A DNA stretch of 64,000 bases from Eledone cirrhosa (Eukaryota), in NCBI GenBank assembly GCA_964016885.1, contig OZ024744.1, positions 37,386,001-37,450,000 of the forward strand, in the 5' to 3' direction. Within the stretch, counting starts at the first letter, position 1, and every line of letters begins with the position of its first letter. The position numbers and the translations under genes are program-made. The notes under the pieces were generated by a model. That model did not search any database and was not told the origin of the DNA. It saw only the letters and a program-made list of their open reading frames with translations. Shown in pieces: positions 26,120 to 40,567 of the stretch.

Positions 26120-26554
26120 AAAAACAAATAACGAAACGAAATTAAATTTCGTTTCGTTTGTAACTCACTTTTGTATGACTGACGCTTAAACAATTAAGTT
26201 AAAGATGTACATCCATATATGTATACTGAAATACTAGTATGTATATGAATACACACACGTATACATATGTAGATGTACCAAGTTTTTTCACTGGTCACTT
26301 TACTGTGAGTGGCCAGCTATTCTGTATGTAAACACACAGACAAACCGGTTTTTAGAGTCATACTGGTTTTTGAGGAAACACCTTTCCTCTATTCTCCAGA
26401 AAGCCAGACAAGGAATATTGGACTAGTTTCGTTGTTGTTACAACTCATCAGCAATATTTACCTATCTTCCGGCCTCTCTAGAGAATCGTAAAAGCACATA
26501 TCGTTATATGCTTTTTCTATGAAAATTAGTAGTGGGCAGACTAATTTGCATAAC

Positions 26555-26560
<6 letters not shown>
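26120..26560 (-). mobile_element. Distant monomer of the retrozyme family
   Basis: Shares ATGAAAATTA..GCAG.CTAATTTGCATA and AAACGAAATT..CTCACT.TT.GTATG blocks with the array unit; flanked by TA. Confidence 0.7.
26414..26458 (-). ncRNA. Minimal type-I hammerhead ribozyme, fully canonical
   Basis: AAUAUUG-CUGAUGA-GUUGU AACA ACAAC-GAAAC-UA-GUC/CAAUAUU. Confidence 0.92.
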
Positions 26561-26635
<75 letters not shown>

Positions 26636-26639
26636 TATA

Positions 26640-26855
26640 TGAAGGAACGATCGACTTTCGTCAAATCGGACCAGTGTTTCCGTTGGTCTTTCCAATTGGT
26701 AATTATATCAGTCGGTCGCAACTCCAGGTAGAGGGAGCAACGTGAAATAATGTTTCTTGCTCAAGGACAAAACGCATCGTCCGGTCCAGGAATCGAACAC
26801 ACAACCTCACGATTGCGAAGCCAATTCTCTACCATCTAGCCACACGCCTTCACAC
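26640..26855 (-). mobile_element. SINE family B copy
   Basis: Reverse complement of 20870-21080. Confidence 0.85.
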
Positions 26856-26872
26856 ACACACACACACACGCC

Positions 26873-27007
<135 letters not shown>

Positions 27008-27008
27008 G

Positions 27009-27063
<55 letters not shown>

Positions 27064-27366
27064 GAAACATAAGTCAATTGCATGAACTCATAATCCTTTA
27101 TTTACTGCTATATATATCTCGGCTCCTGCCATAATAACACATTTTGAATTGCTTATCCTCAAGAACTGTGCCTGTAAATAATATTATTCTTTCTTTCCCA
27201 TTACTTATTATGTTCCACATCACCCCTTTTTTTACTTCAAAAACCTTGTTTGTAAATAATATTATTCTTTCTTTACCATTTCAATAACATGTTCAACATC
27301 ACCTTATATTCTCTCCTATATTTTATACCAATACAAATTCCCTCCTTTTTTTCTCTCCAACTCACA

Positions 27367-27404
27367 TAATTTGATAATGCAAAAAATGCTGAAACTGGTA
27401 ATTG
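27367..27404 (+). ncRNA. Hammerhead, U3-A8 core
   Basis: UAAU-UUGAUAA-UGCA/UGCU-GAAAC-UG-GUA-AUUG. Confidence 0.55.
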
Positions 27405-27644
27405 ACAATTGTTAAATAAATAAATTCATAAATCAATAAATCAATGCTATTGCTAATTAATAAATAAATTAACTAATACATTAACTCTTCACACAAAGTA
27501 AAATATTTTGTTTTAAACATTTTTTAACACAGAAAAAATAGAAAAAATAAAGGAAAAAAAATTGTTTTTGTTGCTAATAACCGTTTCAAGCCCCCTTCGG
27601 ATTTTAGTCTTCACATTTATTATTATTACTATATATATATATAG

Positions 27645-27778
27645 TACATCCCTTTACAATCTGAGTTCAAATCCCGCCGAGGTTGACTTTGCCTTTCATC
27701 CTTACGGGGTCGATAAAATAAAGTACCAGTAATGTACTGGGTAATTGCTGGCCTTGTGCCTAAAGTAGAAACAATTAC
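27645..27778 (+). mobile_element. SINE family A, 5'-truncated
   Basis: B box, core and tail as at 206-395. Confidence 0.85.
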
Positions 27779-27779
27779 T

Positions 27780-28507
<728 letters not shown>

Positions 28508-28634
28508 TGGTTTGTCAATAATTATAATAAATTTCGCGCCAGTTCGCGTTACAATAGTTCTTCAAATAAGAGGTGGGGGGTGTCACAGGTTGTTTTTTCA
28601 TATATATTAATATATATATATATATATATATATA

Positions 28635-28709
<75 letters not shown>

Positions 28710-29110
28710 ATATATATATCAGAAAGTGTGGGGTTTTTTTACGAAATGGAAAATAACCGAGGTGTCCTACACGAGTGAAAGTATAAAAAAAAAGAGATGA
28801 AATCGAAAATGCAACTGGAGTCTTATTTTTTTTTTAAATATATATATTTATTTGGTTCCTTTACCGGTTTCGCAGTTCTTCTGCTTTTCAAAAGGTGAGT
28901 TGAGATGGAGGGTCTGTGGTTTTTCACACATCTGGTTGGTCTCTGAATGTTACTTGTTTTATATGGAAAAAGTGGCTCGAAATGCCAGGTTTTTCGAGAA
29001 GTAATTTGATTGGTTTGTCAATAATTATAATAAATTTCGCGCCAGTTCGCGTTACAATAGTTCTTCAAATAAGAGGGGGGGGGGGGTGTCACAGGTTGTT
29101 TTTTCATATA
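28508..29110 (-). mobile_element. HHR family B unit (hammerhead 28858-28895) with ~100-bp direct redundancy at 503-bp period
   Basis: 28508-28603 repeats at 29011-29110; intact CCUU-UUGAAAA-GCAG/CUGC-GAAACCGGUA-AAGG. Confidence 0.75.
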
Positions 29111-29118
29111 TGAGTGTT

Positions 29119-29257
29119 TGAATTTCTTTTTACTTGAAAAAAGGAGGCTCACGAAGGCTTTTTTGGTTGGTTATAAATGAAATTATGGCTGTCACGTGAA
29201 CAAATTTTCATTAAATTTTTGTGCCCTTCGTGAGCCACCTTTTTTTAAAGTAAAGAA

Positions 29258-29262
<5 letters not shown>
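29119..29262. repeat. Short inverted repeat (~40-bp arms)
   Basis: 29119-29159 pairs with 29225-29262; 29201-29228 recurs inverted at 29522-29548. Confidence 0.65.
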
Positions 29263-29341
<79 letters not shown>

Positions 29342-30721
29342 GCACACAAATAAACACACATATCTTTACTTTCTTTATTCAATAGAAAATCTGAATTCTG
29401 ACACACCAGCGAACTAACCATATTCACTGAACCAGAACAATTCTCCCATCCCTTTCTCTTGACCATTATCTTTTACTTATCAAAAAATTCTCTAAAAAGG
29501 CTACAGAATGGATTTCCAAATAAGGGCACAAAAATTTAATGAAAATTTGCGATACAGATCGAACCTTGAGCTGATCAGAGGCGAAACGCGCGTCACCTAT
29601 AAATAAATGCAATGAAGGAGTAATCAATCGTCCTTGTTATCCTTTCAATATATTACACTCTGTATAGCTCTACACGTCATCACAGAAGTGAACCTAAACA
29701 TCGAGTGCTCTCCCGAGTGAACATGCAGTAACTCCAAGTTACAACCCCTGGATATATATATATATATATGAGGTATGAGTCTATAGTGTAGCCCTTCAAT
29801 ATTTTCATTGGTAAGATGAGATAAGCTCGTCTTCCGAATAAGCTTTACTAATCTTCTTTTTCTTCTTCTTCACCTTTTTCTTCTCGTTCTTGCCCCCACC
29901 CCCTTCCCCTCCTCCTTTTTGGTGACGATGCTGATGCTCATAATTACATTGAGGGTTATGATGACGATCGCGGTGGTGGTAGAGCTGCTGTTACTGCTGC
30001 TGATGATGATGAAGATGAATGGTGCTTATGACGATGACGATGATGATGACAATAATACAAATGCTGCTCTTTCTCTAGCGAAAATCCCAAACCAGACTGT
30101 TATATATTTGAGTGTAATGAATTACATCTATGTAGGAGTTTTATTAATTTACATATATAAGGAAATGCGGTCCACTTTAGGTAACATACAAAGACACATA
30201 GAAATTATAAGACTAGGGAAAGATTAGCTACGGATATTGATGTAAAGTGTGTATGTTCTGCCATGATACTCAATAGTGAAAACATAGTGAAAGAAAAGCG
30301 AGAGCAAATAGAAAGAAAGAAAGAGTGTTGCTTGGGCATCTTGTCAGATAAAGTGAAGACATGGTCTGACATGAACAATGTAATTGGCAAAGATAGTATA
30401 CTAGGTAAATAGCAATCATGATTAGAAGTAGCCTATATTACATATTGAATAGAGAGTTGAGAGAAAGATAGAAAGTGCTGGAGAGTTGTCAACGTAAATT
30501 AAACAATGTCATATATTTCATGAATGTTGCAACATGGCACATACACAAAAGAAAAACAAAGAAAAAGAATATAAAATAAGAAATGGCAAGACAAGATAAA
30601 ATATAATAGAATGAGTGGTCATAAGGAAATTTGATGGAAAATTAATAAAACAAAAAATAGTACTATTTCGATCCAGATCCAGTAAATTACAAACAATTAT
30701 TTTAAGAAATCGGAGAATTTC

Positions 30722-31062
30722 TGAGGGAAGACTTCCCTACGTAAGAGAGAGACATAGATCAGTTGTGATCTAGGGAGATTTCCCTACATAAGAGAGAGAG
30801 AGAGTGAGAGAGACATATAGATCAGCTATGATCCAGGGAGATTTCCATACGTAAGAGAGAGAGACACACATAGATCAGCTGTGATTTAGGGAGATTTCCC
30901 TACGTAAGAACACTATAAATTAGCTGTGATCTAGGGAGATTTCCCTACATAAGAGAGAGACATAGATCTACTGTGATCTAGGGAGATTTCCCTACATAAG
31001 AGAGGCATATAGATCAGCTGTAATCTAGGGATATTTCCCTACATAAGAGAGACAGCTGTGAT
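30722..31062. repeat. ~45-55-bp minisatellite (AGATCAGCTGTGATCTAGGGAGATTTCCCTACATAAG) x~7
   Basis: Direct reading. Confidence 0.85.
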
Positions 31063-31249
31063 CATAATAAGGGTGAATAAAATAAATATCTTAATAACAT
31101 TTTACATATTAGACGTCACCATCGGCCATGACTGTCCATGGTAAGTTCCTCATCAAGGCGCAAGCTTACATAAGGTGAAAACCATCAGTCACCCATGCAT
31201 GCTAGTCTCTCTTCTACGCACGACTAGTCTGATGTAGCTTAGCACCCGT

Positions 31250-31410
31250 TTTGTGGCAACTCATTTTCCTCCACATGAGTTGGTTGGGGCACGGTAAAGT
31301 AGAATAACTTACTCAAGGATACTATGCGACCCCGGATCCGAGAATCAAACGTCCAACCTTCCATTCGTGAGTCCAACACTCTGACCACGAAGTGAAGCAT
31401 CTTCACATTT
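31250..31410 (-). mobile_element. Old SINE family B-like copy
   Basis: Degenerate tRNA head and CTCAAGGA core. Confidence 0.5.
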
Positions 31411-31664
31411 TAGATGTAACTATAACATACGGAAGAAAAATAAGAGATGAAAAAACCAAGAGAATTGAGAATGAAATTAACCAAAACTTGAGACAAACCT
31501 TGGATTTAGGAATAAAGAATGGGTTTATTGTTTGGCATCGAATTGTCTAGATAATAAACATGCTGAAATTGTCATGGTCTATTGTGCAAAAGATACTTCT
31601 CAAAGTCCATCCTATGCTCTCGCGGGGAAAGTGGACGTAAAATGATGATGCCGACAACGACGAT

Positions 31665-32000
<336 letters not shown>

Positions 32001-33346
32001 GATAGGCTCGCCTTTTCCTGATCTACATGCAAACCATTGTTGTAGTGTGTGAAGATGGATCAGACTTGATCCCGCCATTTTCCCAATCTCGCCGCAGCTG
32101 ATCCCATCAAGTGTTGTCATCCTGACAACTTTCATCACGAGGCACATTTCACAGTTCGTGACATTTGTGCTCTAAAAAGTCTCAGTCCGAGTCCAATGTC
32201 CGACATTGGTATCTGAATGTGGGATTGTAGATTTTAATCGAATTAGCTTGGATTTAGTTGCCATTGGTATGTTAGGTTGTGTTCAAGGGTGGAGCAACTT
32301 GTTAACTCATGCTATCATCTTTCTGCACACTGGCTCTGATCTCTCTGTTTTATATTCCATCTTCAGTAAATATACTCCATCACTTATATATCGCTTATAT
32401 CCCGTTAAAGGCAACTTTACCTTTCATCCGTCTGGGATCGATAAAATCGACTTTCACAGCCACCAAAAATGTAGATATGATTGAAAACATTTTTACAAAG
32501 ATTAGTGCAAAAGCTATAAATCGCAGGGAGTTGGAACTCACATCAGATATTACATGACCTTCAGACTGACTACATGTTATATAGAACCCCTGCATGGTTT
32601 ACATTGATGCTTTTTAGATGTATATAATAAAAGGATAAACATAGACTCGATTCACGGTAAACCATGTTAGTGATGTAGTTCCAAAAATAGATGAAAAGGA
32701 TTTAATTCGTGTAAAGAAACAAAAGATAAAACAATGTAGTTGTAATGGTAGAATGCCTTGTTCGGTATTATAGTTTAAGACGGAAAATTAGCAGAATCGA
32801 TAGAGCGGTGGAGTAAAAAATGTCTCGCTATCTAATCTGGCTCAATGCTCTAAAATTCCGTTGAGGTCATCTATATTTATCTTTTCGAGGTCGTTAAACC
32901 CGTCCAGTACGAGCAAGGGGGTGGAGGGGAAGGGTATCAATTCTGTTTTCGAAGAAATTGGATGTGTTCTGATCTGGAAAGGGATTCGCTCCGCCAGGTA
33001 TAAATGATAACTGGATAAAAGCACAGGTCGAGTATTGTGACGGGAGCCTCTGAGACTCGATTTGAGGTTACGGGCCCTTTTACAACTATATGATGACTTC
33101 AATGAAGTGTAGCAAAAGTTGGTTTTCAAATCTCCTTTGTGTATATCTGTTTAACTATGATTTAAATATAAATATGAAATATTTCCAATTTTCTTCATCG
33201 TTAACCAACATTTTTGGAAAGGAAAATGTATCAGCACAAATACCATACATCCATATATTTTTTATTATTTTCTGCTTGTTTGCATTTATGTTTTCAGGTT
33301 AAAAAGCTATATATGTATGTGTGTGTGTGTATACACACAAATATAT

Positions 33347-33412
<66 letters not shown>

Positions 33413-33417
<5 letters not shown>

Positions 33418-33610
33418 AAAAAGTATGACCCCGACGGCAGAGCTCAAGCCGTTTCGACGGCTATTTCTGGACTCCAGAAATAGCCGTCGAAACGGTTTGA
33501 GCTCTGCCGTTGGGGTCATACTTTTTCCTATTTCCCACTCTACTACCCTAAGTATTGAGTACTTTGGTGCGTTATGGTCCACCTGGATCCTTACCACAAT
33601 TCCTTTGTTA
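33413..33610 (+). mobile_element. HHR family C remnant: 119-bp palindrome (33413-33531) plus tail
   Basis: Axis at 33472; contains GAAAC-GG..GAGCUC..CC-GU. Confidence 0.85.
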
Positions 33611-33621
33611 TATATATATAC

Positions 33622-33655
<34 letters not shown>

Positions 33656-33658
33656 ATG

Positions 33659-33793
<135 letters not shown>

Positions 33794-33798
33794 TTGGG

Positions 33799-33832
<34 letters not shown>

Positions 33833-34671
33833 AATGAAAGAAAATACAGCAGACGATAGTAATCGGCGCAAGTTGTTGATGTGATAGCGCTAATGAAGAT
33901 AAGTACATTTGAGTTGCTGGCGTCACAGGTTTTTAAAGCGACATACCATTACGGCACACTTATTATGTTTTTTTTTTCTCCCTATCGATCTGTATATTTA
34001 TACATAGTTACTAGCAGGGTACTGTAGCTGGCATGTTTCCGTTGCATCTACTCTAAAGCATGTGTTTGATTCAGTACTGGATGGCATTTCATTTCCTGTA
34101 CTGTAACATTGTTGATGCTCTTGAGAATGGCAGAAAATTGTGGAGGGTGGTAGTGGCGGTGGTAGTGGTACTAGTGGTGGTGGTAGTGGGAGTGGACACA
34201 GTAGGGATGAGGATTGCAGAAGATATTGGTGGGTCGGGAATACCTATTTATATACTTTAAAAAATCAGTTCTATGCATGGGTGGGTCGGGAATAGCTTTT
34301 TATATAGTTATTTATAAAGAAAATAAAACCAGTTCTATACAGATCCACCAGTTTGTAGGTCCATTTCCTTTTCTTTTTTCATGGGTTTAGTTCAGAGAAA
34401 GAGACTATGCTTTTGACCGTCGCAAGCAATTTGTGATCAAAAGGATAGACGTTGTTAGTTTATCTTGAAGACAATTGCAAATGATAGCCGGAGGAATGAT
34501 AAGTGTAGTAAGTAAATACCAACAAGAAAGGTGTTATTTGGGGAAAGGTGTGGGCTAATCGGCATCACAAGTTCTGGAGGATTAATGGAAAAATATGGCT
34601 GACGAGTGGAAGAGGGACAGTTATTTAAAATAAAATAAAAACTGACAGTACAACGTTATTATTTAGTCTAT

Positions 34672-34852
34672 AAGGGCGGTGTATTGACAGTATCGGTAGA
34701 GGGTCGGACGTCATGCTTTGACGCATAGAGTTACGGCCCTTTCCATTCAGAGTTCAAATCCCACCAAGGTTAACTTTGCCTTTCATCCTCATTATTACAG
34801 AAATGTACTGGGTAATTGCTGACCATATGTCAAAAGTAGAAACAGTTATTAT
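34672..34852 (+). mobile_element. SINE family A copy
   Basis: A/B boxes and core with an internal deletion. Confidence 0.8.
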
Positions 34853-35302
34853 TTAGTCTATTAAAGAGACACCAACATTTCAGAAAAGAGGGAAATAATT
34901 TTGATTGAAGCCAGCGTTCTCTCATACCTATATAGTAATAATCTGATGCTGTTTGGCTCAGATCGGTCTTGATTGTTCAGACTTACGACTAAAAATAATG
35001 TAGCCATAACTGACCGAACTTTTAGTATATCTAGAACTATCTGTTGATAAGGACCCTCTTAGAAGGTAAGATCTGATTAAAGAGAATTTGGCTGCTATTT
35101 CTAGCACTTGTTGCTGATTCATGTGGTGGCTGATTCGATTCGTTTTAAATTATATTCAGTTTATATGAGAGACAGGAAATATTAAGTAATTTCTCTGAAC
35201 TAAACAGTGTGATTCTAAAATAAAATAAAAATCAGTTTACCGAAATATATTTTTGATCTTCAAATATAGTCTCAGTGCGAAAGGTAGCTTTATTTATAAT
35301 AA

Positions 35303-35585
35303 TAATTGTTTTTACTTTTGGCACAAGGTCAGCAATTATCTCAGTGTGTTACTGGTATTTTATTTTATCGACCCCGTAAGGATGAAAGGCAAATAATAAT
35401 TCTTTCTACTTTAGGCACAGGGCCAGCAATTACCCAGTGCATTACTGGTACTTTATTTTATCGACCACGTAAGGATGAAAGGCAAAGTCAACCTCGACGG
35501 GATTTGAACTCAGATCGTAAAGGGACGTAACTATACTGGAAAGCATGGCGTCCGACACGCCACCGATACCGCCAATTCACCGCAA
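35303..35585 (-). mobile_element. SINE family A full copy plus a tandem 3' partial copy
   Basis: 35395-35585 is full length; 35303-35392 is a second core and tail. Confidence 0.85.
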
Positions 35586-35599
35586 ATAATAATGACAAC

Positions 35600-35900
35600 T
35601 ATACTAACAGCAATAATAAAAAAAGAAAAGGATACAAAAGAAAAAAGAATAGGAAAATACAGAGAAAAAAGAGAAAAAGAACGGGAAGGGGAGGGGATGG
35701 CAAGAGTTCTGGTGTCGCATAAGAGAATGGAGGGTTGAAGGGGAGGTTGATTGGGCTGTCGGCCTAGGGCAAGACGGTAGAAGTGCTGCACCCCACGGAC
35801 AAGACCGCAAAAGCATTCCCGAGGATAATGACCAATGACACCCGCTGCAACAGCCACCCAACCACGCGGGGCACATTCCTCCGCTTGCAGAAGAGCGTCG
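35600..35900 (-). mobile_element. Probable LINE 3' UTR fragment
   Basis: GC-rich island ending in a pyrimidine-rich/ATT tail; family not established. Confidence 0.3.
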
Positions 35901-36301
35901 GTTGTACGGGGTGGATACTTCAGTAGGTTTTCGACGAATATACAAAATTTCTTCTAAATCCCGCTATTCAATTACATTGCAAACAAGGCAAATCCCACTC
36001 CCACCCCACTTGCCACTTTAAAATTAAGTAATCATTTTTTTTCTTCTAATTTTACCTATAGAGTAATTTACCTCTCAATAGAATGACATAGCCGAGGGAT
36101 GTTTCATTACTCAAGTACAAATTTGTCGAAAGATTAAAAGCATTTACTCCTTACCAAAACCATACAAGTTTTAAAATATATATGGTGCATCAAATTATGT
36201 TTTTCATTGTGCTTCTCTCGTAAAAGTAATTCACACCTATGTGCACATATATTTGTACGCGCACGCACACATACACACATACACACACATACACACACAC
36301 G

Positions 36302-36345
<44 letters not shown>

Positions 36346-36349
<4 letters not shown>

Positions 36350-37125
36350 CACCAGATAAAATGTTTTATGATATATAGCTCTGATTATTTAATTTAATAA
36401 TTCTTCATTGAACCACAAAGTGACCCGTTGAAAAACACATATATATCTATGACTTTATATATATATGTAAATCTTAATATGTATTAATCTCCCGTTAGGT
36501 TTAGATACAATTTTGGCTGTATTGGGCTGCGCTTTCTAGCAAAAAGCCTACCAGCCGTAAGCAACTAATCACATCCTTTCTAACTTGACTGCTGCCACGT
36601 CACGATTCTTAGCCATTTTTTAATGTATTCTTGGCGCGATCACTTTGGAAAATTAATTGTCTAAATTTGAGCTAACTCCTGAAGAATCCGAAGCTCTAGA
36701 TTTCCAATGTTATCGGATATCTTAAAATGCGGACGAAACCATGGTAGAGGTAACTAAATATGTTCACTTTTCTTCTAGTTTATTTTACACCTAATTCTGT
36801 TTAGTTGACTGTATATCTGGTCGATTTATACACGCTGTCGAAATACTCGATAAATACTCCGTCGCAACCGCCGCGAAGGGCTGCTTTCGGTTATTTGTCG
36901 GGGATTTCTTGATAGGAGCCTTTATTCTTATAGCTTGGTCTAATTGATTTTTTATATGGTTAATTATGCTAATTGGGAGAGGAAACGGTATATATTTTAT
37001 CTGGTGATTCTATAGACATGTTTCATGATATATAGCTCTGATTATTTTATTTATTAATTCTTCATTGAGCCACAAAGTGACCCGTTGCAAAACACATATA
37101 TATCAATGACTTTATATATATATAT
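36346..37125 (+). mobile_element. Terminally redundant 657-nt HHR unit with a 17-bp inverted stub
   Basis: 36361-36468 repeats at 37018-37125; 36346-36362 is the reverse complement of ~36994-37010. Confidence 0.75.
36676..36749 (+). ncRNA. Hammerhead with long stem II
   Basis: CUC-CUGAAGA-AUCCG...CGGAC-GAAAC-CAUG-GUA-GAG; stem III is the palindrome ACCAUGGU. Confidence 0.65.
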
Positions 37126-37140
37126 ATATGTAAACCTTTA

Positions 37141-37173
<33 letters not shown>

Positions 37174-38623
37174 GTTTACTTCTTTAATTTGTATAGAATT
37201 ACCTTGTACAAGACGAGAACTGTTTCATTCTTGAAATATTTTCAAGTGCTGACAGACGTAGTGGGGGACGTCTCTTTTTATTAGCTCCGTCTTGATATTT
37301 TTTACGAACACCTACATAAACTACTTACTTTGGAGAACTTGAAAATTTTGATTAATTTACTCCTCGTTAAAATGTTCTTATCATAGTGTGGTATGTTGTA
37401 TTTTGTGGTAGACTTAAAACAGTTTTCGAAGTGACCAGGCACAAGAAAACAACAAGATCCGCCGCACAGGGTTTAAGTAAACTGAGTTTTACATTTTACA
37501 AACGAAAAGTGGAAAATCTGTGAACAACTGTATGGTTCAAAGACATGTCCGCCCTCATCAGAAGAATTACAAATGAACAAAAGACCAAGTTTGCCATGAT
37601 TACTTCCAATATAGTGTTTAAAAAAAAACTTATAGTCAACGCCGAAATCTAGAAGGTACAACAAAATCTCTGCGTCGGTAAATTCTGTCCTTACCCGAAG
37701 AATTTGTTGGGAACCTGGAAAGCAAAAGGCCGACATACTCGTGCATCGCTACAAGCGGTGCAGGTTTTATGGTAACTTTAAGGTAGCAAATGAATGAAGC
37801 ATCGGTTAATTTATGACTAGCATTTAACCGTTGATTGAAGCATAAACTAAAGAACTATCGACATTGCTGTTTTAGACTAGAAAAGAAGTGTTACAGAACA
37901 TCAGGCAGAGATATTTCAGGAAACATTCACTCATTAACAAACACGTGAATATATGGGTTAGAGCACAAAAAAAAAATAAATGAAATAAATGTCTCACACA
38001 GAAACATGTTAACTCTATCGCTATGCTGCTTGTGCCATTATCCGCTAAATAACATATATCGATTCTTCCATTCTACTTTTCTTTTACTTAATGCAAAATA
38101 TCAATGTTACTAGTTACCACTTGGTTTAATATGCTCTCACCTTCAAATTGTAGCTGAATCCTAACAGAAGCTCTTTATACAATATTTTCTCTTGAAATTT
38201 TGCTGTCAACTTTCTGTACACTAACGGTTTTACTTTCTGCAATCTCCTCACACACACATACACATACACATACTATCTCTCTCTCTCACACTCCCCTCTC
38301 TCTCCCTCTCTCTCTCCCTCTCTCTCTCCCTCTCTCTCTCCCTCTCTCTCTCCCTATATCACACTCACTCTCACTTTCTCTCTCTCCCCTTCCCTCTCTC
38401 TCTCGCCCCTCTCTCTCTCTCTCTTTTGCCTCTCTCTCTCACAAACACACACACAAACTCAGTCGCATTACTTCTTAACAACTATACCCCCTTTGTTGGA
38501 TATATATATATATATGTGGGGGAGTATGTGTGTGTGTGTGTGAGGGGGGATTATGTCTGTGTGGACGTGTGTGTGTGTGGGTGTGTACAAAGCTGAAATA
38601 TATGCATATATATATACATACAT

Positions 38624-38706
<83 letters not shown>

Positions 38707-38708
<2 letters not shown>

Positions 38709-38813
38709 GGGTGTCCCCACAAAAATGTATACACACTTCAACAGCACTCTAATGAATATAGTAAATATTGCCTGTAGAGGTAACCAAAGTGCATATACAT
38801 ATTTTTGGGACAC

Positions 38814-38817
<4 letters not shown>
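38707..38817. mobile_element. Tc1-like MITE in (TA)n
   Basis: TIRs CAG(G/A)GTGTCCC..AAAAAT(A)TGTATA. Confidence 0.7.
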
Positions 38818-38912
<95 letters not shown>

Positions 38913-38915
38913 ACA

Positions 38916-38984
<69 letters not shown>

Positions 38985-38985
<1 letters not shown>

Positions 38986-40168
38986 TAAAATAACAAGTTA
39001 AAGTTTAAGCAAATAATCGCTGCTTTCACCCTCAAGGGGATCTTCTGAAACTAACAATGTCAATCTGTGAACGCAGAAGTAAATAATTAAAAAAAAACGT
39101 TGCAACCGAAGGAAGACAGGAAAACGATACGTTAGTTCGTGGAAACGTTCCCCAGCAAAGAACGGGAAAAAAACGAATACAATACCTCATTATTTGGTCG
39201 GACGCCATGCTTTCCAGCATAGTTACGTCCCTTTACGATCTGAGTTCAAATCCCGTCGAGGTTGACTTTGCCTTTCATCCTTACGGGGTCGATAAAATAA
39301 AGTACCAGTAATGTACTGGGTAATTGCTGGCCTTGTGCCTAAAGTAGAAACAATTATTTGGTGCGGTGAAAACAATTACACGCAAAGACAAAACCACGTT
39401 TATGGTATAAAAGAAGTCGTAGACTAATATTCTATTAGGTGGTTCATGGAGACGTTCTCTGGCAATGAACGAAAAAAACGAAGATAATACTTCATATGTG
39501 GAGCAGAGAGAACAATTGCACGCAAAGACAAAATCACGTAAATGGTATAACTGATATATGTTTATGTCTATTTGGTGTATACATTCGTATGCGTGCGGGT
39601 ACAGGCGTTGCGTGGGTTATGTATATGCGTGCGGGTATTTTTTTTTTTTTTTTTTTGTACGTGCGTGTATTTGTATACCTATGGCGAGTGTTTTCGCGTA
39701 TGCTTGTGTATATGGATGCGTGTATGTATTTATTTTATTTCATTTACCTCTGTATTTTATTTACTTTATTCTTAACTCTGAAGCCGAGATTCATTCGGTT
39801 TCCTAGTTAGAATTTTAGTCTACGACTTCAGTTACGTGGTTTTGTCTTTGCATGCAATTGTTCTCCACGCTCCACATATGACGTATTATCTTCGTTTCTT
39901 CCGTTCATTGCCAGAGAACGTCTCTATGAACCACCTAATAGAATATTTGTCTACGACTTCATTTATACCTTAAACGTGGTTTTGTCTTTGCATGTAATTG
40001 TTTTTCACCGCACCAAATAATGACGTATTATATTCGTTTTTTCCCGTTCTTTGCCAGGGAACGTTTCCACGAACCAAAATATCATCTTCCTGTCTTCCTC
40101 CAGTTGCAACGTTTTTTGAAGTATTTACTTCTGCGTTCACAGATTGACTTTGTTAGTTTCAGAAGATC
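38985..40168. mobile_element. Non-coding head-to-head copy of the Neptune-type PLE 3' region
   Basis: Homologous to 14595-15160; left arm 38985-39552(-), right arm to 40168(+). Confidence 0.85.
39199..39352 (+). mobile_element. SINE family A inserted into the PLE arm, TSD ATTATTTGGT
   Basis: TSD at 39189-39198 and 39353-39362; empty site in the mirror arm at ~40005-40025. Confidence 0.9.
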
Positions 40169-40329
40169 CGTGTGTATATGTATGTTTTATTAATAAAGTC
40201 ATGACTACGCGCCTAGATTTTAAGTTGCATCATCATAAAAATTGAAAAGTTCTTAGATTTTTATAGTTCCCATTTTATTCTGGGTTAATGGATCTTATAA
40301 AATGTTCCTCGCCAGAATTTGTGTTGGAA

Positions 40330-40512
40330 TTCTCGCACCATAATTTGCCTTGGTGGCCCTTGAAATATGTATAATAAAATAAATATGGTTTTATAAATAT
40401 AGTTTCCATTTATTAATATATTGTGTATTTACTCCACTAAACTGTTGAGTGCTTTATATCAGTTATAAAAATGTTTAAGCTTGTTGAATCCCAACAAATT
40501 AAATATAACCTC

Positions 40513-40515
<3 letters not shown>
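40330..40515 (+). mobile_element. HHR family D 3' fragment
   Basis: Homologous to 42331-42500(-) and 61030-61200(+). Confidence 0.7.
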
Positions 40516-40565
<50 letters not shown>

Positions 40566-40567
40566 TT

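Noticed and set aside
29560-29750. GAAAC-GCGC-GUC-ACC followed by AATAAA
   Set aside because: Only the 3' half of a hammerhead, with no CUGAnGA in register, so it is not listed as a ribozyme.
30060-30720. A-rich possible LINE remnant
   Set aside because: No diagnostic motif recognised.
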